Virus record (IMG/VR): IMGVR_UViG_3300047546_001470
Length of the DNA stretch: 64,000 nt
From: an uncultured virus (IMG/VR IMGVR_UViG_3300047546_001470)
Taxonomy: Duplodnaviria; Heunggongvirae; Uroviricota; Caudoviricetes
Reading direction: 5' to 3' (one strand)
This document shows, piece after piece, positions 1-8,960 of the stretch. The first letter of the stretch is position 1. Each line of letters opens with the position of its first letter. The notes under the pieces were generated by a model. It was given only the letters and a program-made list of their open reading frames with translations, had not been told where the DNA came from and ran no database searches. The position numbers were made by a program, and so were the translations under genes.

Positions 1-132
1 CCAGCATTTAGTGTCTTTAGTTTTACACCAGCATTTAGTGTCTTTAGTTTTACACCAGCATTTGGTGTCTTTAGTTTTACTCCAGCATTTGGTGTCTTTA
101 GTTTTACACCAGAGGCCACTTTTAGTTTTACC
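1..132 (+). repeat. 27-bp coding tandem repeat, 4 copies plus a degenerate 24-bp copy
   Basis: Unit CCAGCATTTRGTGTCTTTAGTTTTACW starts at 1, 28, 55 and 82; CCAGAGGCCACTTTTAGTTTTACC at 109. Confidence 0.95.
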
Positions 133-168
133 CCAGAGGCTAGTTTTAACTTTGCACCCTGGGGCTAA
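1..168 (+). CDS. 3' end of a 5'-truncated protein with Phe-rich tandem repeats, ending FNFAPWG
   Basis: Not in the ORF track. Frame 1 reads PAFSVFSFT PAFSVFSFT PAFGVFSFT PAFGVFSFT PEATFSFT PEASFNFAPWG then TAA (166-168). The last 7 residues match those of 7050..8258. Confidence 0.85.
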   Translation, partial: PAFSVFSFTPAFSVFSFTPAFGVFSFTPAFGVFSFTPEATFSFTPEASFNFAPWG

Positions 169-173
169 ACTAT

Positions 174-734
174 TTAATTAGGAAATTTGCCTAACCATTC
201 TTTTGCTTTTGGAGTTAATCCTTTCCAAGAACTCCAGTCTTCTCCGCCATTTGTCATTTTATAGGCAATTTGTGCATTTACAACTGGATTAAATAAGTCA
301 GCATTGTGATCTAAATCATACTTTTTACGACGATCTGGACCAAGCATTCCAAGCATGTTTATTTGAAAAATACCATATGAACTGTCTCCAGTTTCAGTAT
401 TTCCATTGAATGCAAATGGTCGACCATTACTTTCTCTCTTAGCAATAGCCCAAGCCTCCTTAAGATTTTGACCTTCAAATCCTACTAATTTTAATAGATT
501 TTTAAGATCTTTATCAGATAGAGATGTAGCATTTTTATATTTTTCTAACTGATCTTCTTTAGCCTTAGAAACACTTTTGGCCACTTCCGTGGCCTCAATA
601 GTCTCTTCAAGCGTGATAGTTTTACTATCTAATCGGTTTTCAGAAGCATTGGCAATGTTTGACCAAACGGAAAACATCACCAATATGCTGAGTGTTCCAA
701 TGATATTCCTATTATTATTCATAAAGTTAATCAT
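174..734 (-). CDS. Secreted lysozyme-like/lytic transglycosylase (SLT/Rpf-like)
   Basis: N-terminal hydrophobic signal ending ANA; catalytic-type AIAKRESNG, YGIFQIN, NAQIAY and WSSW motifs. Start moved from 779 to ATG 734, which follows an AAGGAGG RBS. Confidence 0.8.
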   Translation of the reverse strand: MINFMNNNRNIIGTLSILVMFSVWSNIANASENRLDSKTITLEETIEATEVAKSVSKAKEDQLEKYKNATSLSDKDLKNLLKLVGFEGQNLKEAWAIAKRESNGRPFAFNGNTETGDSSYGIFQINMLGMLGPDRRKKYDLDHNADLFNPVVNAQIAYKMTNGGEDWSSWKGLTPKAKEWLGKFPN

Positions 735-755
735 AGTTTCCTCCTTAGAAACGGA

Positions 756-779
756 ATGACACCTTTTTAAGGGTGTCAT
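756..779 (-). promoter_or_regulatory. Hairpin in the 5' leader of the transglycosylase gene
   Basis: Perfect 8-bp inverted repeat ATGACACC-N8-GGTGTCAT, lying between a minus-strand TATACT (about 790-795) and the RBS. Confidence 0.5.
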
Positions 780-840
780 ATTACTTCTAAGTATAACACA
801 ATTTAGTCAAGGTAGTCAAATAATGATATAATTACTGTCT

Positions 841-1398
841 ATGGCAGATACAACAGATAATTATAATTTAAAATTTCCAGAAGCAACAGATTCTGTAAAT
901 GTTCATAATGATATTAAAAAGTTAGCAGATTCTGTTGATACAGCATTACAATCTTTAGACGCATCTAATGTTAGAATAAAGGTTATTAATAAAACATCAA
1001 ATAATATTTCTGCTGGAAAACCAGTTTATGCTGCAACATGGTTTGATCCTGATTTAAATCAAGAAAGAGGTCAAAATAATGGAAGAACAGTTATTAAACC
1101 TTTTACCTCAGAGTTATCTGATAATTATCCATTTTTAGGATTAACAAAAGAACAAATAAATGCAAATGGAGGAACTGGAGAAGTTGTTGTTTCTGGAGTC
1201 CTTTCTGGACAAAATATAAATACATCATCTTTTCAAGCAGGAGATCTTTTATATCCAACTTCTGGTGGTGGACTATCTACTACTGTAAATGGTGGAGCAA
1301 TTGGTGTAGTTGCTTTAGCAGCAACGAGTAATGGAGTTATAGTTGTTCAAGCAAAAGGTAATGGAACATGGGGAGCATTAAAGGCTGGATTAGCCTAA
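841..1398 (+). CDS. Putative virion/tail accessory protein
   Basis: 185-aa ORF with a fibre-like N-terminus (TTDNYNLKFPEATD) and a Gly-rich beta C-terminal part; lies in the fibre cluster. Confidence 0.55.
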   Translation: MADTTDNYNLKFPEATDSVNVHNDIKKLADSVDTALQSLDASNVRIKVINKTSNNISAGKPVYAATWFDPDLNQERGQNNGRTVIKPFTSELSDNYPFLGLTKEQINANGGTGEVVVSGVLSGQNINTSSFQAGDLLYPTSGGGLSTTVNGGAIGVVALAATSNGVIVVQAKGNGTWGALKAGLA

Positions 1399-1416
1399 AT
1401 ATGATATAATCGACAT

Positions 1417-1806
1417 ATGGCTACCTTCCGAAATCAACCCACAGACTCATATGCTTTAGGTTCTGCTCCACCAGAAGTTCGTTGGACGGTAGTTAGAGGA
1501 GACTCTGCAGCATTTAGAGTTTATGTAACAAACGATGCAAGAGAGCCACTATATTTAAATGATTGGGAAATTGCAATGGACATTTATCGTCCATCTACTA
1601 GTCAAGTTATAGTTTCATTATCACCAGAACCAATTGAATTTCAAGACTCAGAAGGAACATTTACAGTTAACTTAACATCTTCACAATCAGAACTTTTAGA
1701 GACAGGAGATATCTTTGACATTCAACTCACAGAACTTTTGTCTGAGGGAAGAGTCTGGACGGTAGCCAAAGGATCAATGGTTATCCTTGAAGATGTTACG
1801 CAATGA
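1417..1806 (+). CDS. Putative Ig-fold baseplate/fibre adaptor (BppU N-terminal-like)
   Basis: The pattern VVRGDS...VNLTSSQSELL...FDIQL...KGSMVILEDVT resembles BppU_N-type adaptors. Confidence 0.5.
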   Translation: MATFRNQPTDSYALGSAPPEVRWTVVRGDSAAFRVYVTNDAREPLYLNDWEIAMDIYRPSTSQVIVSLSPEPIEFQDSEGTFTVNLTSSQSELLETGDIFDIQLTELLSEGRVWTVAKGSMVILEDVTQ

Positions 1807-2051
1807 GCAATTATAATTTAATCCCAGTAAATCAAGAAGTTTTTAATACAACTCATAAAAAAGCACATGCACAAATTAAAGAACTTGATAAAAGATATAT
1901 CAGAATAGATCATATACAACCAAAAGCAAGAATTGAAGAAGTTTTACCTTTTCGTGTACAGTTTATCAATGTTAGCGTGTTTGGGTATTCAAAAAATAAT
2001 CCACCCCCAATACCGCTTCAAATTATTGGATATAGTAATTATATTCTATAA
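1803..2051 (+). CDS. Hypothetical protein
   Basis: 82-aa ORF with an ATGA overlap to the upstream gene. Confidence 0.65.
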   Translation: MSNYNLIPVNQEVFNTTHKKAHAQIKELDKRYIRIDHIQPKARIEEVLPFRVQFINVSVFGYSKNNPPPIPLQIIGYSNYIL

Positions 2052-2074
2052 TAAAAAGGAGTTATAATACCATC

Positions 2075-2521
2075 ATGGCAAAAATATCAATACCTAATCT
2101 AAAGACAAAGTTTGAGACTGGGGATCGCCCCACGCAACAAGATTATGAGGATTTAATTGATTCAGCCTCAGCCCGTTCAACCGACCTTGGTTCAATGGGT
2201 AATAATGAAAATACAATTACGGGTATTGAAAATGCCACAGTAATTGATAACTTTGACGCCACAGAATGGCGTATGGTTAAGTATATTGTTTCTATCGCAA
2301 AAGTAACTGCGGGAGATAATAAATTCTATGCAACAGAGTTGACCATCTTGGTAGACGGCACAAATGTGAATGTCTCTGAGTATGGCACAATAGACAATGA
2401 TGGGAATATTGGCACCGTTAGCGTCTCCAGGGTTGGAAATACAGTATCCTTAACGGTTACTCCAGATCCTGCGATTAAGCCAGTCACAGTTCGTTATGCA
2501 CGAATTGGACTTAAGGCATAA
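2075..2521 (+). CDS. Virion structural protein sharing its beta domain with the C-terminus of 2538..4151
   Basis: N-terminal LKTKFETGDRPTQQDYEDLIDS. WRMVKYIV..SEYGTI..GTVSVSRVGNTVSLTVT aligns by eye with YRSAEFLV..TEYAMV..GSVSADVSGNDVRLRVT. Confidence 0.65.
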   Translation: MAKISIPNLKTKFETGDRPTQQDYEDLIDSASARSTDLGSMGNNENTITGIENATVIDNFDATEWRMVKYIVSIAKVTAGDNKFYATELTILVDGTNVNVSEYGTIDNDGNIGTVSVSRVGNTVSLTVTPDPAIKPVTVRYARIGLKA

Positions 2522-2537
2522 ACAAGGAGATAAATAA

Positions 2538-4151
2538 ATGGCAACAGTAAACAAAGACTTTAAAGTAAAGAATGGTCTCATCGTTGAAGGCACAACAGCC
2601 ACAGTTAACAACTATGACATTCTTACAAAGAAGACAGACGATCAAAACTATATCGTCAATTTAATTGGTGGTACAGCCACCTCAGCAAACGAAGCAAACA
2701 AGGTTGTAAAGCGTGATGGCTCAGGCAACTTTGCTGCAGGAGTAATAACAGCAGACCTCGTTGGTGATGTAACTGGTAATGCAGATACAGCAACAGCACT
2801 TGAGACTTCTCGCACAATTGAACTTACTGGTGATGTAACTGGTCAAGTTAATTTTAATGGTACACAAAATGTACAAATTTCTACAACATTAAATGGATCT
2901 TTTGCAACAGATGCAGAGGTTGCAACAGCAAAGTCTGAAGCAATTTCAGCAGCATCATCAGATGCAACTACAAAGGCAAATGCGGCTCAAGCAGCAGCAG
3001 AACTTACAGCATCAAATGCTCTTTCTTCAGCAGTAACAACTCTTGAAGGACAGATTGCAGACGCAGAAACAGACGCAAATACTTACACAGACAATGCTAT
3101 TACAGCACTTAATCTCGCTGGCACATATGATGCACTTGGTGCAGCAGCAGATGCTCTTGCAGATGCAAATACATACACAGATGGTAAAGTTTCAGCGCTT
3201 GTAGATTCAGCACCAGAATTACTTAATACTCTTAATGAGTTAGCAGCAGCAATTGCTGATAATCCAAACTATGCAACAGATGTTGCTAACTTGGTTGCAA
3301 CAAAGGCTGATACTACTTATGTAGACGGAGAAATTTCAGCAGTAGATACAGCAGCACAAGGCTATGCTTCAACAGCACAGTCAAATGCACAATCATTTGC
3401 TACAACTGCAGCAAACAATGCTCAGTCTGCAGCAGAAGATTATGCTGATGGACTTGCAATCAATTATGATTCAGCAGGTTCTGCAGCAGCAGCACAGACA
3501 GCAGCACAGTTATATGCTGATGGTCTTGATGATGCAACAAATACTCGTATTGATAACCTTACAACATCAAATGTTGCAGAAGGTACAAACCTTTATTACA
3601 CTGATGCTCGTGCAAAGGCAGAAGCAGCAACGCTTCTTGCAAATGCAACAAAGACTAACATTGTAATTACAAAAGATGGATCAAATAATCTTACAATTAC
3701 CGCAGAAAACGGTGTTGCAGATTCTGACACAGATGACCTTGCAGAAGGAACAAACCATCTTTACTTCACAAATGCTCGTGCAGTAGATGCTCTTGAAGCA
3801 GTTGTTCCTAACTTTACAGCAGTTGAACTTAATTCAATTGCAAAGCAGGTAGCAGCAACCGCTTCTATCGCTACAGCAAGCACAAACAACGCAATTTCAT
3901 GGTTGAAGGCAGACTATCGTTCTGCTGAATTCCTTGTTAAGATTGCTAATGGATCTCATACAGATGTATCCAAGGTTATCTTGACACTTGACACTTCAGA
4001 TAATGTCGCTATTACAGAATACGCAATGGTTGGAACAAACGGTTCTCTTGGATCAGTTTCAGCAGATGTTTCTGGCAATGATGTTCGTCTTCGTGTCACT
4101 ACCGCCAACAACAACTCAACAGTTGCTGTTATCGGAACACTTTTAGCATAA
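2538..4151 (+). CDS. Tail fibre protein
   Basis: AAGGAG RBS; Ala/Thr-rich coiled segments; fibre motifs VDSAPELLNTLNELAAA, EGTNLYYTDARA/EGTNHLYFTNARA and LTGDVTG. Confidence 0.8.
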   Translation: MATVNKDFKVKNGLIVEGTTATVNNYDILTKKTDDQNYIVNLIGGTATSANEANKVVKRDGSGNFAAGVITADLVGDVTGNADTATALETSRTIELTGDVTGQVNFNGTQNVQISTTLNGSFATDAEVATAKSEAISAASSDATTKANAAQAAAELTASNALSSAVTTLEGQIADAETDANTYTDNAITALNLAGTYDALGAAADALADANTYTDGKVSALVDSAPELLNTLNELAAAIADNPNYATDVANLVATKADTTYVDGEISAVDTAAQGYASTAQSNAQSFATTAANNAQSAAEDYADGLAINYDSAGSAAAAQTAAQLYADGLDDATNTRIDNLTTSNVAEGTNLYYTDARAKAEAATLLANATKTNIVITKDGSNNLTITAENGVADSDTDDLAEGTNHLYFTNARAVDALEAVVPNFTAVELNSIAKQVAATASIATASTNNAISWLKADYRSAEFLVKIANGSHTDVSKVILTLDTSDNVAITEYAMVGTNGSLGSVSADVSGNDVRLRVTTANNNSTVAVIGTLLA

Positions 4152-4180
4152 AAAATAAATAAAAAGAGGGAGTGGTAATC

Positions 4181-4636
4181 TTGGCAACAGTCAACAAAGA
4201 CTTCAAGGTTAAAAATGGACTTATCGTCACTGGTGGCGGTGAGTTTGGCGGAGCGGTAGTTGTAGGAGAACCTACATTATCTACCCATGCTGCTACTAAA
4301 TCATATGTTGATTCAGTAATAGGTGGCATGACAGTTGGAGGTACCGCTCCCTCTACACCAGATAATGGTGATCTATGGTTTGATACATTAACAGAAAGAG
4401 TTAATGTTCATTATAATGGTTCTTGGCTAACAATCGCAACAATAGACGATACTCAGAGTCTTCCACAACATATTCACGATACAGCAATCGATGGTACTGG
4501 TTTTATAGTATCTCAATTTTATGAAGGCGGAAGTTTTAATAGCCCACAAGGAGCAGGTTTAGATGCTGGAGGTCCAACTACAAATCAGTGGACTCTTGTA
4601 TTTGATGGAGGAAGTGCTATTGATAATTTCAACTAA
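4181..4636 (+). CDS. Short fibre-associated protein
   Basis: TTG start at 4181 after GAGGGAG gives MATVNKDFKVKNGLIV, identical to the N-terminus of 2538..4151. Also has HAATKSYVD and GDLWFDT fibre motifs. Confidence 0.75.
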   Translation: MATVNKDFKVKNGLIVTGGGEFGGAVVVGEPTLSTHAATKSYVDSVIGGMTVGGTAPSTPDNGDLWFDTLTERVNVHYNGSWLTIATIDDTQSLPQHIHDTAIDGTGFIVSQFYEGGSFNSPQGAGLDAGGPTTNQWTLVFDGGSAIDNFN

Positions 4637-4699
4637 AAATTGATGTTATAATTAGCACAGAAATAAACTGGTAGAAATACCATAAGGAGAGAATAAAAT

Positions 4700-7018
4700 A
4701 TGGCAACAAGAATGCAACAACGCAGAGGAACCGCAGCACAATGGACTGCAGCGAATCCAACTTTAGCAGCAGGAGAAATCGGATTTGAAACCGATACCAA
4801 CCAGTTCAAAATTGGAAACGGGTCTTCGGCATGGTCTGCCCTCTCCTATTTTAAAAATTTAGATGGCCTTGATGGCGTAGGTGGAATAGTAACCCTAAAC
4901 GCACAAGGTATGATCGATATAGCATTAATCCCACAAGGCGTGGCATTAGATGCAGAGTTAACTCAATATATTGAAGATCATAATAATGAGACAACAGGTG
5001 TTCATGGAATTTCTAATACAGCAAATCTTGTATATCAAACAGACCTAACAACTACGGTAAATGACGCAATTTCATTAGAAGTAAATAATAGAAACGATGC
5101 AATTTCTGATGCTATTGGACAAGAAGTAACAAACCGTAACACTGCAATTGATGATGCTATTGCATTAGAAGTAACAGAGCGCAATACTGCAATTAATGAT
5201 GCTATTGCCCTAGAAGTCTCTGCTAGAGATGTGGCTATTGATGATGCTATTGCTCAAGAAGTAACAGATAGAAATAATGCAATAGGAAATGAGATTGCAG
5301 CAGAAGTTTCTGATAGAAATCAGGCTATTGATGATGCTATTGCTCAAGAAGTAACAGATAGAAATAATGCAATAGGCACAGAAATTGGTACACATAATTC
5401 TGACACAACTGGTGTTCATGGAATTACAGATACAGCAGCACTTGCAACAAAAACATATGCAGACAATGCAGCATCAGCAGTAGGATCTTCTGCTTCAGCA
5501 AATCTAACTGCTCATACTACAGCAACAACAAGCGTACATGGTATTGCTGATACAGCAGCACTTGCAACAAAAACATATGCAGATGGAGCAGTTTCGACAG
5601 CAGTTGCAGCATTGACAAAGTCTTCCGTAGGACTTGGAAATGTTGATAATACATCTGATGCAAATAAGCCAATATCAACTGCAACACAGTCTGCACTTGA
5701 TCTAAAGGCACCGCTTGCTTCTCCAACATTTACTGGCACAGTATCTGGAGTTACAAAAGCAATGGTTGGACTTGGTAATGCAGACAATACTTCCGATGCT
5801 AATAAGCCAGTTTCAACTGCTACACAAACAGCACTTGATCTTAAGGCTCCTCTTGCAGGACCTACCTTTACAGGAACTGTTACTCTTCCATCAACAACAT
5901 CAATTGGAAATGTTTCAGCAACTGAACTTGGATATGTTGACGGTGTAACCTCAGCAATTCAAACACAATTAGATTCTAAGTTAGCACTTGCTGGCGGAAC
6001 AATGACAGGAGCCTTGACACTTTCGGGCGCACCATCAGCAGATTTACATGCAGCAACTAAGGCATATGTAGATAATGTAACTGCAGGAATTAACTTCCAT
6101 CAGCCAGTTCGTGTTGCTACAACAGCAAATATTACATTAAGCGGAACACAAACAATTGATGGAGTTTCTTTATCTGTTGGTGATCGTGTTCTTGTTAAGG
6201 ATCAAACAACTCAAACACAAAATGGTATTTATGTAGTTGCTTCAGGTTCATGGACAAGAGCAACAGATGCAGACAATACTCCAGACGGAGAGTTAAAGGG
6301 TGGAGATTTCACTCTAGTACTTGAAGGTACTGTTAACTCAGGATACGGATACGTTTGCTCTAACACATCAGCAATTACAATTGGAACAACAAATGTTACC
6401 TACGCAGCATTTAATGCTGCTAAAGCAATAACAGCAGGTTCAGGTCTTACAGAATCAACACCAGGAACAATTGAAATTGCAACTGGTGGAGTTACATCAG
6501 CAATGATTGCAGATGGAACTATCGTAAATGCAGATATTAATGCGTCTGCAGCAATTGATCAATCCAAGATTTCTGGACTTTCAGCATCATTTGCTGCTAA
6601 AGCAGATCTTGCATCACCAACCTTCACTGGAACCGTAACTCTTCCAGCAGCAGGTATCGTATTTTCAGACGGCACACAGTCTAAAGAAGGCGTTCCTTCA
6701 AGAACGCCAATTATTCAAAAGTCCGCAGCATATACACTATCTGCACTTTCTGAAAGAGACTCTATGATTGAAGTTTCACACACTGGCGGAACTGCTGTAG
6801 ATATTACAATTCCAGCAAACTCCTCAGTTGCATATCCAGTAGGAACATCTATTGATGTTCTTCGTACAAATACTGGTGGAGTAAGAATTGTCGGAGCAGC
6901 AGGAGTAACAGTAAATGGTACACCTGGTGCATATTTAAGAGCACAATGGTCTGCAGCAACCTTATTTAAGAGAGCAACAGATACTTGGGTCTTGATAGGC
7001 GACCTCGCTACGGCGTAA
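4700..7018 (+). CDS. Tail fibre protein with Mtd/hyaluronidase-like N-terminal domain
   Basis: N-terminus RMQQRRGTAAQWTAANPTLAAGEIGFETDT; 15-aa EVTxRNxAI repeats; VGLGNVDNTSDANKP and APLASPTFTG repeats; GDRVLVKDQT..NGIY domain. Confidence 0.85.
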   Translation: MATRMQQRRGTAAQWTAANPTLAAGEIGFETDTNQFKIGNGSSAWSALSYFKNLDGLDGVGGIVTLNAQGMIDIALIPQGVALDAELTQYIEDHNNETTGVHGISNTANLVYQTDLTTTVNDAISLEVNNRNDAISDAIGQEVTNRNTAIDDAIALEVTERNTAINDAIALEVSARDVAIDDAIAQEVTDRNNAIGNEIAAEVSDRNQAIDDAIAQEVTDRNNAIGTEIGTHNSDTTGVHGITDTAALATKTYADNAASAVGSSASANLTAHTTATTSVHGIADTAALATKTYADGAVSTAVAALTKSSVGLGNVDNTSDANKPISTATQSALDLKAPLASPTFTGTVSGVTKAMVGLGNADNTSDANKPVSTATQTALDLKAPLAGPTFTGTVTLPSTTSIGNVSATELGYVDGVTSAIQTQLDSKLALAGGTMTGALTLSGAPSADLHAATKAYVDNVTAGINFHQPVRVATTANITLSGTQTIDGVSLSVGDRVLVKDQTTQTQNGIYVVASGSWTRATDADNTPDGELKGGDFTLVLEGTVNSGYGYVCSNTSAITIGTTNVTYAAFNAAKAITAGSGLTESTPGTIEIATGGVTSAMIADGTIVNADINASAAIDQSKISGLSASFAAKADLASPTFTGTVTLPAAGIVFSDGTQSKEGVPSRTPIIQKSAAYTLSALSERDSMIEVSHTGGTAVDITIPANSSVAYPVGTSIDVLRTNTGGVRIVGAAGVTVNGTPGAYLRAQWSAATLFKRATDTWVLIGDLATA
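5062..5376 (+). repeat. 45-bp-period coding repeat (coiled-coil shaft) containing an identical 54-bp direct repeat
   Basis: GGCTATTGATGATGCTATTGCTCAAGAAGTAACAGATAGAAATAATGCAATAGG occurs at 5233-5286 and 5323-5376. Confidence 0.85.
5429..5583 (+). repeat. 35-bp direct repeat within the fibre gene
   Basis: GATACAGCAGCACTTGCAACAAAAACATATGCAGA occurs at 5429-5463 and 5549-5583. Confidence 0.85.
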
Positions 7019-7049
7019 TAGAAATTACAAATAAAAGGAGTAGATAGTA

Positions 7050-8258
7050 ATGGCAGGTAAACTTGGAAGAAAAGCAGGTCAGCAATCATGGCCTAATGAT
7101 GTAACAATTACCACTGCAACAGACGTTGGTACGAATCGTCCATATGCTGCCTCAGCAGCATCAACAGAGGCAGGAGCCTCTGGTGTTGGAGGATCTGTAA
7201 GTCTTGCATGGTCTTTACCAGCAGGATCAGCAGAAGCATCATCTTATACCATTACTACTACTCCTTCTACTTATTCAAAAACGGTATCTGGAACAAGCAC
7301 TACATTTGAAGGACTTGCATCTAATACAGCATATACATTTACAATTAAAGCAAATAATAGTGTAGGCTCTTCTGCAGGAACAACATCTTCTTCAGTAACT
7401 GCTACTACAGTTCCTCAAGCACCAACACTTTCATCTGCAACAGATGTTGGAACAAATAGACCCTATAACAATGGATCTGTTTCTGTTGCATTTACTGCCA
7501 ACGCTACTGGTGGAAAATCAATAACAAGTTATACAGTATCTGGTGGAGGATATTCTGCTTCTGGAGCAACTTCCCCATTGGCTCCAACAGGATACGCTAC
7601 TGGTGCAACTCCAACGTTTACAGTCACTGCTACAAATGGAAATGGTACTTCATTAGCATCTTCTGCTTCTAGTGCTGTTACAGTAACAACTGTTCCAGAT
7701 ACACCAGCAGCACCAACAGTATCATCTCCAACGCCTTCTGCTGGAGTTAACGTTGCTGGAACTACAACAGACAGCGTATCTTGGTCTGCACCAGCAAATG
7801 GTGGAAAGGCTATTAGTCAATATACCTGGACATCTTCGGACTCAAAGTCTGGAACAACAGCAGGAACATCGGTTTCTGTAAATCAAGAAGGTGGAACTGC
7901 TCAAACTTATCAGGTTCGTGCAGAAAATGCTAATGGTGCTGGAAATTATTCTTCTGCATCTTCTAGCGTTACAACATTCCAATTTACTCCATTCTCGGTC
8001 TTCGGATTCTCACCATTCGGTGTATTTTCCTTCGCACCATTCTCGGTCTTCGGCTTCTCACCATTCGGTGTATTTTCCTTCGCACCATTCTCGGTCTTCG
8101 GCTTCTCACCATTCGGTGTGTTTGGCTTCTCACCATTCGGTGTCTTCGGCTTCTCACCATTCGGTGTCTTCGGCTTCTCACCATTCGGTGTGTTTGGCTT
8201 CTCACCATTCAGCGTGTTCGGCTTCTCACCAGCGTTTAACTTTGCTCCTTGGGGCTAA
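7050..8258 (+). CDS. Fibronectin type III-like repeat protein with a C-terminal (PFxVFxFx)10-PAFNFAPWG tail
   Basis: Three FN3-like units (SLAWS..YTIT..GLASNTAYTFTIKANNSVG; GGKSITSYTV..FTVTATNGNG; VSWSAPANGGKAISQY..YQVRAENANG); AAGGAG RBS. Confidence 0.85.
   Translation: MAGKLGRKAGQQSWPNDVTITTATDVGTNRPYAASAASTEAGASGVGGSVSLAWSLPAGSAEASSYTITTTPSTYSKTVSGTSTTFEGLASNTAYTFTIKANNSVGSSAGTTSSSVTATTVPQAPTLSSATDVGTNRPYNNGSVSVAFTANATGGKSITSYTVSGGGYSASGATSPLAPTGYATGATPTFTVTATNGNGTSLASSASSAVTVTTVPDTPAAPTVSSPTPSAGVNVAGTTTDSVSWSAPANGGKAISQYTWTSSDSKSGTTAGTSVSVNQEGGTAQTYQVRAENANGAGNYSSASSSVTTFQFTPFSVFGFSPFGVFSFAPFSVFGFSPFGVFSFAPFSVFGFSPFGVFGFSPFGVFGFSPFGVFGFSPFGVFGFSPFSVFGFSPAFNFAPWG
7989..8228 (+). repeat. 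24-bp coding tandem repeat x10
   Basis: Consensus CCATTCGGTGTNTTYGGCTTCTCA. The first five units alternate as a 48-bp higher-order repeat (PFSVFGFS/PFGVFSFA). Confidence 0.95.
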
Positions 8259-8300
8259 AACATGGTATACTGTAGTAATACAGTAGAAGGGTAAAATAAA

Positions 8301-8960
8301 ATGCAAAATCAAGGAATGAGTCCAACTGCAAAATTTGGAACTAAGCCACATAAATTTTTTGAAAGACATTTAAATAATGATCTTAATAAATTGTCTAATT
8401 TTTTATCTGATAGATATGAAAAAATAGAAAGAGCCGAAATAGATGGTGTAACTCCTTTGGGTTCTGCAGGACACGAATATTGGGTAAAATCTGGAAGTAC
8501 TTCCACAGTAAAATGGAGAGAGTACAATGTTTTTCAATTTCATAGTGAAGAAATATATAATGTTTTTAAAGGTGTTAAAGATGCAACAAAAGAGGCATGT
8601 GAATATTATGATATTGACTTTGATGCACAAAACTTTATGGTTCAGGGATGGTTTAATATAACTCATAAGGGTAAAGGCAAATTAGATTGGCATGATCATG
8701 GTCAACCAGGAGCACCAAATTTTCACGGGTATTATAGTGTTAAAGCAGAGCCTTCTACAACACATTATCATGTGTATGGAGAAGTGGTAGATCATCATAA
8801 TATTGATAATAAATTAATTGTTTCTGAAATGGGTCATCAGCATGCTATGGCAGATTGGGATTGGGAAGGTCCAAGAATAACAATCGCTTACGACATTATT
8901 CCATTGGAATATTTAATTAGGGCAAATGCTGCCGAACAGCATTGGATCCCATTGTTATGA
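8301..8960 (+). CDS. Putative 2OG-Fe(II) oxygenase/cupin (TIGR02466-like)
   Basis: GWFN..WHDH..FHGYY..H..RITIAYDI matches the W-x-N/HxH/GxYY/H/RxxIxF pattern of this double-stranded beta-helix family. Confidence 0.7.
   Translation: MQNQGMSPTAKFGTKPHKFFERHLNNDLNKLSNFLSDRYEKIERAEIDGVTPLGSAGHEYWVKSGSTSTVKWREYNVFQFHSEEIYNVFKGVKDATKEACEYYDIDFDAQNFMVQGWFNITHKGKGKLDWHDHGQPGAPNFHGYYSVKAEPSTTHYHVYGEVVDHHNIDNKLIVSEMGHQHAMADWDWEGPRITIAYDIIPLEYLIRANAAEQHWIPLL

Noticed and set aside
1..132. CRISPR array
   Set aside because: The units are contiguous with no unique spacers and keep an open reading frame, so this is a coding tandem repeat.
735..840. c-di-AMP (ydaO) riboswitch upstream of the Rpf-like gene
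   Set aside because: The leader is only about 50 nt with a single hairpin, too short for that aptamer.
4700..7018. Diversity-generating retroelement target (Mtd-like N-terminus)
   Set aside because: No reverse transcriptase and no TR/VR pair with adenine-specific mismatches is seen. The two FNFAPWG tails differ at synonymous sites, not in a DGR pattern.
7891..8286. His/Ser-rich (+) and Arg-rich (-) ORFs over the 24-bp array, or a CRISPR array
   Set aside because: These are shadow frames of a stop-free repeat. Much of the variation is synonymous in the Phe frame, and there are no spacers.
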